Positions 1-12,000 of a DNA stretch of 64,000 nt are shown here, in pieces. The position numbers and the translations under genes are program-made. The stretch is from assembly GCA_902475535.1 (NCBI GenBank), contig CABRZR010000001.1:15995-79994 (forward strand). Direction: 5' to 3'. Below the pieces are notes generated by a model, which made no database searches, had not been told where the DNA came from, and saw nothing but the letters and a program-made list of their open reading frames with translations. Position 1 is the first letter of the stretch, and each line of letters begins with the position of its first letter. The DNA comes from an uncultured Coriobacteriia bacterium (lineage in GTDB: Bacteria; Actinomycetota; Coriobacteriia; Coriobacteriales; QAMH01).

Positions 1-3000
1 TAGTAACGGTAGAGGATGAGGCCCTCGTGGACGTTGCCCTTGATGTGCGAGGTGTAGGACACGCCGTTGATGACGATTTCCTCCGTGTACTCATAGCCCT
101 CGAAGCGACTATCGTTGAGACCGTTCCTGTCGAGATTATCGGCGACCACCTCGGCATTATTCTTGCGCATGAACTCCTGGTAGATGAGGTTCTTCACCGT
201 GCCGTCACCTGTGACGCGTACGTGGTAGACCTGATATTCGATATTGTCCTTGGAGTTGTAGTACAGCGTGAGGAGCATCTTGCCGTCAGCCGTGATGACC
301 GCGCGGGCAACCGTGTCGACGCCGCCGCCGATGGAGTCGAACGCCGGATCGCCCGGAACGAGGTAACGGTAGCCGGGAATCTCGATGTTGTCGCCGTTGC
401 GGTAGCTGACGCCGGAGACGTCGAGATCGGCCCAGGCAACCTCGTCGGTGATGCCGTAGTGGACGACGTAGTTGTCGCGAATCCACTGCGGGTCATCCTT
501 GTGGTTGATCGTCGCATCGCCAACCATGTCGACGGTGCCATCCTGCTTGAACGGGAAGAAGTCGCCATCGCCGTCGACACCCCAACGCGTCACGTAGTAC
601 GGCGTGTTGTCGTTGGCGCGCCACACCGCGCGCAGCATGACCTTGGCGTTGGTGGGCATGATGTAGATGACCTTATCGGCATCGATGAAGGTGAACGTGA
701 AGCTCGCCGGGTCGTAGGCGGAAATCACGGCAGTCCACTCGGCGCCGCCATTGGCGATGTAGCCGGTCTTGCCGGCAGCCAGCGTGCGGCACGAGTCCTG
801 CGAGGCCGCGCCCTTGGCGGTGTCCTTGCCGGCGGCCATGAGGCCGTTCTTGTCGATGGCCCAGCCCACGAGCGTGTAGCCCGGACGTTTCACGTCGGCG
901 TTGGTGGGCAGCGTGAAGCTGGACTCGGTGGAGTGCTGCTTGCCGGAGTACTGCGACTCCTTGCCCGGCTCCCAGGTGCCGTCGCCGACGTTGAGGTCGA
1001 GCACGCGATCCTTGAGCGGGAAGTAGTAGACGACGAGGTGCATGCTGCCGTCGCCCGCGATGCGCCACTCGCTCTTGACCGTTGCGCCGGTCACGCCGGA
1101 GCCGTCCTTCTTGGGAACGCTGTCGCTCTTGCCGTTGGCGATGGTGTAGTAGCCGGCCAGAGCACCGTAGGCGTTGGTGTTCCAGGGCTTGGGGCCAGCC
1201 GTGGCACCGGCAGTCGCGAGCTCGTCGGTGACGCCGGTGAAGCGCAGCGGATCGACAGCGGCGAGGTCATTGCCGGCAGCGTCGATCGGCACGAGGTCGC
1301 CGTCGCCGGTGATCTTGTAGCGGTCGACGTAGAAGACGGTATCGGACTTGGCGCGCCAGGTGGCGTAGAGCGTGATGCTCGCATCGGTCGGGGCGAGATA
1401 GAGGGTCTGTCCCCCTATCACCACCGCGGTGAATGCGGCGCCCTTGTCGGAGGTGCGCTTGGTGTTTGCCTTGGCCGCGTCAGCCGCCGCCTGCGAGGCG
1501 AGACCCGTGGAGGTGCCGACGTTGACGGTGGTGGCCGTGGCGGCGCCATCGACCTTCACGTTGTAAGTCGGGACATTGGACCAGCCGGCCAGGTCGTAGC
1601 CCGTGCGATCGGCGGCGGAGGAGATCTCGACGGTCTCGTCGGTGTAGACCTGCATCGTGGGGTCAGCACCCGTGCTCACGCCACTACCGAAGTTGAAGGT
1701 GATGGTGTTGAGCAGCGGCTTGAAGTACAGCACGAGCACCGTCTTGCCGTCGCCGGTGATGATGGCGCGGGCATCGGTGGTGAACGCGGTGGCAACGCCG
1801 TGGAGCGTGACCGTTTCACCGTCGGCGGCGAAGGCGTAACCGGCGAAGCTGAACGCGGAGTCATCGTTGCGGTAGGAGACGCCGGCCTCGGCGGCATCGG
1901 CCCAGGCCTCCTCGTCGGTGATGCCGACGTGCTTCACGACATGACCCGCGTCGGCGGTCGCACTCGTCACGAGCTTGCCGTTGGCATCGCGCACGAGCTT
2001 GCCGTCGGAGGTGACCGCGTAGCGCGTGCCATCGCCGGAAACGACCCAGCGCTCGACAAGGTACTCGGTGTTGTCATTTGCGCGCCAGGTGGCGAACAGC
2101 GTCACGTCACCCGTCGGCATGATGTAAAGGGTCTGTCCCCCATTTACCACGGCGGTGAAGACCTTGCCGGTGATGGCGTTGCGGGTCGTGTCGGCACTGA
2201 TGCTCGTGAAGGCGTTCTGCGACTTGATGCCCTTGAGGTTCGAGATGATCGTGGCGGCATCGACGCTGGTCACGTACTGGCTGTTCGTCCAGCCCTTGAG
2301 CGTGTAGCCGCTACGCGTGACCTCCGTGGTGGGCAGCGTGTAGCTCTGGTCGGCATAGAGCGTGACCTGCGCGGGCGTGGCGCTCAAGTTGGGGATGCTC
2401 GCGTCGCCGATGTAGTACGTGATGGTGTACTGCTTGGGCGCGAAGTAGAGCACGAGCTTGGTGGAGCCGTCGCCGGCAATCTGGAGCGTGGCGATGGTCT
2501 TGAACGTGGTCTGGCCGTTCTTCGCGGTGACGAAGTTGCCCTCGCCCGTGTAGGTGTAGCCGGTGATGCTGAGATTCTGATCGGCGTGATGATACGCGAT
2601 GCTGGCGTCGAAGCCTGCTAGGGCGCTATCGGCAAAAGCAAACTCGTCGGTCGTGCCGATATACTCGATGCGATGGGCGGCATCGGCAGTCGTGCTGCTG
2701 ACGAGCATGCCGTTGGCATCGCGCTCGAGCGTGCCGTCGGCCTTGAGGGCGTAGCGCGTGCCATCGCCGGAGACGGCCCAGCGCTCGACCGTGTACCTCG
2801 TGTCGTTATTCGCATACCAGACGGCATAGAGGGTCTGTCCCCTTGTTGGCATCTTGTAGCCCGGGGTGACGAAGACGTAGGTCTTGCCGTCGGCGGTCGT
2901 GGCGACGGTGATCCAGTTGGCGCCACCATTGGCCGTGTCGTTGCCGGTGATGGCGGCCAGCTGTCCTGCCTTCACCTGCGAGGCGAGGCCCTTGATGTGG

Positions 3001-6000
3001 TCACCCAGACCGGCGTCGGGATTGGTGGTCGACCAGCCCACGAGCGTGTAGCCCGGGCGGCTGATGTTGGCGTTGGTCGGCAGGTCGAAGTTCGACTCGG
3101 TGAGATGCTCGGGGTTCCAGGTGAAGCCGGAGTTCCAGGTACCGCCACTCGTCTCGAGCTGCAGCTGGAGCTTCTGCGCGAAGTAGTTAAGCGTGATGCG
3201 CATGGTGCCGTCAGGCGCGATGGCCTTCGTGGCGGTGCTGGGCTTTGGCGTCGTGCCATCGTAGCCGTAACCGGTGAAGTCGCCGTTGTAGCGCGCGTCA
3301 CCCGCCGTCGTGTTGAACGGTGCGGCCGTGTACTCCTTGTCGGTCATGCCGCGGAAGGTCTCGGTGATGGTGGTCTTGGCGGTGGTGTTGCCCTCCCAGC
3401 GCACGTGATCGACGTAGTAGACCGTGTCGTCGTTGGCGCGCCAGATGGCGTAAAGGGTCTGTCCCCCACTTCCCATCGTGAAGATCTTGAGGAGGTCTTC
3501 GAAGGTGTTCTCGACGTAAGCGTAGGTGTAACCCGCAAGCGAGGTGCCCGTCTTGTCGGCCCTGATGAGCGTCGTGACGCGGATCCAGCTCGGGTCGGCG
3601 CCAGAACCGATGAGCATATCCCAAAAGTCCTGCGAGGCCTGGCCCTTGGCAGTCGCCGTGTCCGGGTTGGTCGACCAGCCCATGAGCGTGTAGCCCGGTC
3701 GGCTCGCAGCCAGGTAACCGAACATCACGTGCTGCGACTCGGTGTCATAGCTGATGGTCTTGACACTGCCGCTGTTGGTGCCGCTCGTATTGATCCAGGT
3801 GCCCATGTTGCCGAGGTCAAGCTTGAGGTCGAAGCTCTTCGGGAGATACCAGAGCGTGAACCTCGCCGTGCCATCGGGGCTGATGTTGCCGTACGCACTG
3901 GTCGAAACCGTCTGGGCGATGTTGCTGGTGCCGATGTAGGTCTCGCTCGCGCCGGCAGCCAGGAAGCGGTAACCCTCGGGAACGGCGATGTTGAGATAGG
4001 TGATGCCGTCCTTGTACTCGGTCTTGTCGGCGTCGAAGCGCACCTCGGTGTCGGCATAACCCTGGTAGGTCACCGTATCGAGCTCGACCTTGTCGCCATG
4101 GCCGGTGAGCTTCCAGCGGTTGACCGTGTAGTCGATGAGTTTGGGCGTCCACACGGCGCGCAGGGTGATATCGCCAGTCGGCGTGAGATAGGTGAAGTTG
4201 GTGCCATCCTTGAAGAAGAGCTTGAGGTAGGTGCCCTTACCGGTGTTCTGACCCTCGAGCCAGGTGACGATCTGCTGGGCCGTGTAACCCATCGCGTCAT
4301 TTACAGGGTCTGTCCCCTTCTTGTCGGAGATGGTCCAACCGAGGAAGTCATAGCCCGGGCGCGTGGGCGCGGGAACGGTCGACAGGTCGAAGCTGTCATC
4401 GGTGTAGTGCTTCTGCGTGATGAAGTTGGTGTTCTCGGTCGCGTCGAGCGTGCCGCCGGTGATGGTGCCGAGCGAGCCGGTCTCGAAGCGAATGGTGTTC
4501 TCGTTGGCGCGGTAGAACAGATAGAAGACCGTCTTGCCGTCAGCGCTGATGGTCTTCACGGCGTAGGTCGTGCCCGTGGCGCTTTCGATCGTGAAGCTCG
4601 CGTTGTTGAGCAGGTAGGTGTAGCCGGCAATGGTGCGCATGTAGCCGCCGATGGTGTCGAGGTCGAAGACGACGTCGGACTTGCCGTTGTTGTAGGTGAC
4701 GCGCCAGGCGGCGTTGGTGGTATCGGAGGCATCGGCGCTCGTGTTGGGCGTGCCGGTGATGAGGGCACCGTTGCTATCGCGACGCACGGTGCCGTCGGGA
4801 TTGAGCGGCGAGAAGGTGCCATCACCGGTGATGAGCCAGTGCTCGACGTAGTAGACGATGTCGCTGCGCGGCGTCCAGACCGCGTAGAGCGTCTTGTCGG
4901 TAACGGGCATGAGGTAGGTCGCGCCATTGAGATAGTAGAGCGGGCGACCGGAGGGGTCTGTCCCCAACGTGCCAAGCCAGGCGATGACGGCTTCGGCCTC
5001 GGCGCCCAGGGCATCGGCGATGTTCTTGACCGTGACGGCCGTGGAATCATCCGCCGAGACGATCTTGCCAGCAGCATCAACGCCGTAGCTGGCGATGGTC
5101 GTCCAACCCTTGAGCACGTAGCCCGGGCGGCTCACGGTGAGCTTCTCGCCATCGGCGGCCGCAGGCAGCTTGAACGTATGATCGGCACGATGCGTGACGT
5201 CGGCTGAAATTCCGGGGTCTGTCCCCCCATTGCCACCAGCGGAGATGGTGCCGTGGGAGCCCGGATCGTAGGTAAGGGTCAGATTCTTGGCGACGTAGTA
5301 GAGCTTGAGGACGAGCGTGCCGTCGGGTGCGACGTAGATACCGCTGGCGAGCATGCCGTCCGTCCACGGGCCCTTGCCGTTGATGGCGGAGATGCTGCCC
5401 AGCGCGTACTCGTAACCCGCGATGGTCCAGGGGTTGTAGGTCGTGTACGTACCCACAACCGCGTCGGTGGGGACAGACCCCATGACGTAGATGTGCGAGT
5501 CGGAGAGCACCGTGCCGTCGGTGTACTCGACACGGATGCCGGTCGGGCTGCTCACGAGCACGCCATCGGCGCCGCGCACGAGGTTGCCGCTCGCGTCGAT
5601 CGCGTAGAGCGTGCCGTCGCCGGAAATGGCCCAGTGCTCGACCGTGTACTTCACGACGAGCGGCTTGTAGTAGATGTAGATGGCCGTCTTGCCCTTGTTG
5701 GTGCCGTCGAAGGCGCCGCCCCACTCGATGAGCACGTTGGCGGCCGTCGTGACCGTCTTGATCGTGCCGTCGGCGGCGGTGTAGGTGTAGGACTGCAGGT
5801 CGGCGATGGCCTCGTAGCCAACATAGCTATTGGCGGTAATCTGGGCGGTCAGGCCCGTCGTGCCGCGGACGATCTCGCCCACGCCATCGGCAACCTTGGT
5901 GGAGCCGATGTAGTACTCGAGCGTGCCGTCGCCGCGCACCTTCACGTGATAGACGACGTAGGCGGTCTCGAGGCCCTGCCAGAGCGGCCTGAGAACAACC

Positions 6001-9000
6001 TCGCCGATGGGCATGGTGTAGGTGAGCTCGGTAACCGTATCCGAGTACATCATCGCATGCTCGACGTCATTGCCGACCATCCAACCCACGAGCTTGTAGC
6101 CCTCACGCGTCAGCTCGTTGGGCTTGGGAAGCGTGATCGTGGCGTCGGCGCCGAAGTGGCGATACCAGGTGTCGGTCTTGCTGGCGAGCGTGCCCTCCTG
6201 CGTCTGCGCGTTGTTGAAGAGGGTGTCGGACCAAGTGCCCTGCGAAGGCTCGAGCGCGAGCGTGAAGTTGCCCGGCGTGTAGAAGAGCTTGAGCACGAGG
6301 CTACCATTACCGGAGATGACGCCGGTGGTGATGGTGCCGGCGTAGGTGCCGTCATAGGTGTAGGCGAAGATCGTGGAGCCATCGAGCGCGGTGGTCGGGT
6401 ACACGTTATCGACGTTGTCGATGGTGTAGTACCAGCCGTTCTTGAAGTACTGGCCCGTGTGGCCGTCCATGTCGCTCTCGGATGCGGTGACGTTGACGTT
6501 GGCATCGGTGAGGCCCTTGTACGGGATGCGCGCGGCAGCCTCGGCTGCGGCGATCTGCTCCGGCGTCAGGTTGCTGCCGTTGATGATGACGAGCTGGTCG
6601 CCAACCTTGACGTCGTTACCGTTTGCATCGACGAGGATGATGTTGCCGTCACCGTCGACACGGTAGCGATTCACGCCGTAATCGACCTCGACGGCCCTGA
6701 AGATGAACACGAGCTTGGTGGTGCCGTCCGCGTTGACGATGGCGTGCGCGATCGTGTTGGTGGGCATGCCGCTGAAGCTCAGGGCCTCCTCGGTGGAAAC
6801 GACCCAGCGATAGCCGGCAAGGCCGAACTCGGTGGTGAGCGAGCCGTCGTAGTTCTCGCCGCTCGTGCCGCTCTGGGCCGGACGCTGTGCGAGCGTATCG
6901 GTGTCCTCGTCGGCCACGCCGTTGTTGTAGATCTTGGTGCCGACGAGCTCCATGGTGCCGTCGCCCTTGACCTTGTAGATGTCGGCCGTATACGTGGTGG
7001 AGCCCGTGGGAGTCCAGACGGCGTACAGCGTCATCGACAGAACGCCGATCTTGAAGGACGCGCCCTGGCCGTAGAAGGTCTTGCCCATGTGGTTGGCGAT
7101 GTCGGCATTGAGGGTCTGTCCCCAATGCGCCGCAAAATCAGGGTCTGTCCCCAACGTGCCAAGCCAGGCGGCGAGGCGCTGGGCCTCGTAGCCCTTGGCG
7201 TCGCTGATGGCCTTGGCACCGGCGGCGTCGGCACCCACGAGGGCGAAGCTGGCGGCATCGGTACCCGTGTAGTGGCTTGCCACGGTCCAACCAACGAGCG
7301 TGTAGCCGTCGCGCTCCACGATCGGGCCCTCGGTGGCCTCAATCGGCAGCGTGAACGTGGACTCGGAGCTGTGGTTCTTCTGGAAGGTGACCGTCGTGGC
7401 CTCGCTACCGGTGTTGTAGACGAGGTTGAGCGTATCGGCCACGTAGAAGAGCTTGAGGAGCAGGGTACCGTCGGCAAGGATGGTGCCCTGGGCGATGGTC
7501 TTGTAGGTCACGCCGTTGATGACCTGCTCGAAGGTCTCGTCATAGGTGTAGCCGATGAAGTTGGGATTCTCGGCAGCCGAGAGGTTGAGATGCGCGTAGG
7601 TGAAGCCGGCCGACGCGCTGATGCCAGCGGGACGATCGACGGAAAGCGTCGAGGAGGTCTTGCCCCAACCCTTCACCTTGTTGGTGGCGGCACCGGTACT
7701 CGTGCCGTCAATCCAGACGGGGACGCTGCTTCCGGCGATGAACTCGGCGTAATCCTTGCCGGCAGCGGCTTCGAAGCCGTTGAAGGGCAGGACCTTGCCA
7801 TCACCAGTGTAGCGATAGAACTCGACGGTGTAGAGCACGTCGATGGGGATGTAGAACTGGATGATCTTCGTCGAGCCATCGCCCGCGATAACGGCGGTCG
7901 GGATGGCGGCATTGGGCCAATCTCCCGCACCCGAGATCGTCGAGGGAACGAACGAGTTGTCGAGCGTGTAGCCCAGCGGGTTGGAGGAGGCGGGCGTGAC
8001 GGAGGTGTCGGTCGTGCCCGTCAGGGTCTTCACGTCAACCTTGGTGAGCAGCTTGCCGTCGGCACTGGCAATCCAGCGCTCGACCGTGTACGTGGTGTTG
8101 GTGTTGGCCGTGTAGTAGAGCTTGAGCACGAGGCTGCCGTTGCCGGCGATGACACCCTGGGCGATGGTCACGTAGGACTGGCCGGGATAGGCGGTCTGGC
8201 CGTTTGCCACGAAGGTGTAGCCGGGATAGGTCTGCGCGATGCCCGTGACCGTCTCGCCGGTGATGCCGGTGAGGTTCTCGGTGAGCTCGACCTTCTCGGT
8301 GATGGTCGTGCCGTCGTTCACGAGCTTGATGTGCTCGACCGTGTAGGCCGTGTTGGTGTTGGCCTGCCACACGGCGATGAGCACGGCGCCGTTAGGCGGC
8401 AGCACGAAGGAGGTACCGCAGGCGAAGTACTGCCTGCCGCCATTGGGATCGGTGCCACCCACGATGGGATTGGCGGCAAGTGCCGCGTTGAGGCTCTCGA
8501 GCCAGGCAACGATGTCGCGCGAGCGCTGGCCCGTCGCATCGGCGATGTTGTAGCGGCTACCGGCGGTGATCTGACCGTTCACGATGTCATAGGTCGTGAT
8601 GGTCGTCCAACCGGCAAGCGTGTAGCCGTCGCGCGTCGCGGAATTGCGACTCGGCACGGTGAGCGTCTTCTCGGTGGGGATGGTGCTATCGACACCCTGC
8701 GTCTTGTCGGCATTCCAGGTGGCGTTGTAGAAGGCCTCGCTGTCGTTCCACTTACCGGCACCGGTGTTGAGCGTGATGCTCTGGGCCGTGGGCTCGTAGT
8801 AGAGCTTCAGGACGAGAGTGCCGTCGGCAAGGACGGTGCCGGTAAGGATCTCGGAAAGGGTCTGTCCCCCAATTGTCGCGCTGAAGCCGGCTTTGTAGGC
8901 GTAGCCGGTGAAGGCGCCATTGGCCGCAGCGTCGAGGGCGACGGCCGTTGCCGGGTCATCGGTGATGCCGTGGAATGTCTCGGTGATGACCTCCTTGAGG

Positions 9001-12000
9001 GTATTGTCGCCGGTGACACGATAATGCTCGACGGTGTAGACGCTGTCGTTGCGCGCCTTCCAGACCGCGTAGAGCGTGACGTTGACAGCGCCGATGGTGT
9101 AGTTGCAGTCGCCGCTCGCGAGGATGAGCGTGATGTCACTGCCGTTGTAGCTGAAGAGCAGGTTGCCGTTGGCGTCGACATGGGTCAGGTCGGCACCGGC
9201 CAGGGCGGCCAGCAGCGCATCGGCAAGCGTGATCGAGGCGGTACCTTTCGTGTTCTTGCCGTCGGGGATGGAGGCCCAGCCGACGAAGTCGTAACCCGGA
9301 CGCTCGACGAGCGTGGAAAGCTTGACCGTGCGGTCGGCCTTGTACTTATCGGCATTGTGCTCCTGGCCAGACCAGGCACCAAAGCTGCCGAGGTCGAGGT
9401 TGAGCGTGACGTCCTGCGCCTCGTAGAAGATCTTGAGGATCGTGGAGCCGTCGGAGGCGATGTCGGTCTTGTAGAGCGACCTCTGGCCCCTCAGGTTGAA
9501 GTCGTCCTTGCGCAGGTAGCCATCGAAGGTGGCGGCAAGGTCAGCGGCGCTTACCTCGACCGGACCGTCGACCAGGCCCTGATGCGTCTCCTCCTTGGCA
9601 AGTACGAAGGTCTCGTTGCCCGTGAACTTGAACCACTGGACCTTGTAGTCGATCATCTGCGCCTCGTAGTAGAGCTTGAGGACCGTGGTGCCGTCGGCGT
9701 TGATGTTGAGGGAGGCGATGGCGTTGTAGACCTTGCCGTCCTTATCGGTGACCGTGTCGGCAAGCTGGTAGAACGTGGTGCCGAAGCGGTTCACGTCATC
9801 GGCCGGGACACCGTCGATGATGCCCGTGGAGACCAGGCCCGCCTTGGCAAGCGTGTCGGTCATGCCCACATACTCGACGGTGCTGTCGAGAACCACGGTG
9901 CCGTCGCCACGATGCTTGTAGTACTCGACCGTGTACTTGGTGTCATTGCGGGGCAGCCACACCGGATAGAGCGTGGTGGCGCCGCGCGGCATCGTGAAGG
10001 TCGTGGTGAAGAACTTGCCACCCAGCGACGCAAGCCACGTCTGCAGGTCGATGGCCGTCTGGCCACCGGCAACGCCGATGCGGCTATCGCCGTCGCTGCC
10101 CTCGGCAAAGGAACCGGCATCGGTGCCCGTGTAGAAGCCAACCGTGGTCCAACCGGCCAGGGTGTAGCCGGGACGACGCAGGTTGGTGCCCGTGGGAAGT
10201 GTCACGGTCTCGTTGGGCATGTACATGGCAGACGGATCGACGTCGTTGTACCAGCTGCCCACGGTGCTGCCATCGGCACCCGTACCGGGGTCGAAGGTGA
10301 GCTGCGAGCGAACCGCGTAGTAGTAGAGCGTGAGCACGAGGCTGTTGTCGGCGGCAATGGAGCCCTGGGCCACGGTCGTGACCTTGGTCTCGGCGGCATC
10401 ACCCAGGCGGGTCATGTTGCCATGGGGCAGGAACTCGAAGCCGGGGATGGCGACGTTGTCGTTGGCATTGGTGTTGGGGCTGGACGCGACCTCCTCGGGG
10501 GTAGCGGCAGCATTTGCCATGGCATCGGCCTTGCCGTTGGTGTGCACGATGAAGTGCGGCGTGGCAAAGGCCGGCAGGTGGTAGGTGACCCCATCCACGG
10601 TGGAGACGATGCAGCCATTGCCGTCGATGGAGTTGATGCCGAAGGTCGTGTCAATGGCACCAGCCGCATCAATGGGCAGAACCGCGCCGTTGGCGGCGAT
10701 GGACCAGTAACGGTACTGGACCGTATGGATGGTCACGTCCTCGTAGACGTCCTCCATCACCATCTGGCCATCCTTGTAGATGATATTGCCGTTCTCATCG
10801 CGAGCGGGCTGCTGGACGGCATCGCCATTCTCGTCGAGAACCTGACGATGCTCGACGGTCGTGATGATGTACTCGTTGCCATCCGGGTCGAGCCACGCAA
10901 CCGGGTTGCCGTCGGCATCGCGCTGGACGAGCCTCCCGTCTTCGGTGGGCTCGAGCGCGATGGCGAAGTTGAGGTTGCCATTCTCGTCAACGGCGACGAG
11001 CTTGCCGTCACCAGTGGCAGCCCAGCGGACGACACGGTACTCGGTGCTGTTGGTGGGCTCGTAGTAGAGCTTGAGGTGCAGTGCACCGGTGGTGTCTCCC
11101 GCCCTGTTGCCGGACCAACCCGTGACGACACCGGAAGTGTCGCTCGTGTAGGGAGTGCCACCGACCTCGATCGAGGCAACGTAGCGATAGCCCGTCGGGA
11201 CGTTGTATTCCCTCTGGTCATCGGTCACCATGACGGTTTCGCCGGTGGTAGCCGTGAAGATCGTGGAATCGTAGAACTCGATGGTGCCATCACCGCGCAC
11301 CTTGTAGTAGTCGATGAAGTAATCGGCATCGCCCGGTGTCCAGACGGCGTAGAGCGTCTGGGCTGCGTTGCCGGTGACGAAGCTGGCGCCAGGAGCGTAC
11401 GTGGTGCCAAGACCGTCGGCCTGGGTGTTCCATCCGCCAAAGACATAGCCAAAGCGGTAGAGCGTGGTCGCATCAGGCAGCGTCACCGTCGTGCCGGTGC
11501 GCGGCGCGGGCTTGGGCGACTGGTCGGCAATGACCCAGCCGGCGTTGCCCTTGGCCTCGTCGCCGGCGGCGTTAACGTCGTAGATGAGGTCGTTTTGCTG
11601 CGCATCGAAGACGAGCGTGAGCTTGAGTGCGCCGCCCGCACCGATGATGCCGGTCGGCGTCGAGGTATACGTCTTGCCGTCGATGACGACACTGAAGGTG
11701 GCGTTATAGGCATAACCGGTGATGGCGTCGGCCGCGATCTTGGCAAGGCAGTTGTTGTAGTAGACGAGCGCCGTGTCGGTGCCAGCCTGGTCGACGTAGA
11801 TACGCGTGTTGGCATAACCCTTGAACAGCAGCACGTTGGTGGCAGCGCCATCCGGATCGGCCGGCAGAGACTCGTCGTAGACGGCTACGCCGGTGACGCT
11901 CGTCGCGTTGGCCTTGAAGGCGTTGATGGGCTCGATGAGGCCGGTGCCCGTGTAGCGCAGGAACTCGACCGTGTACTCGGTGTCGGCGGTGACGTCGAAG

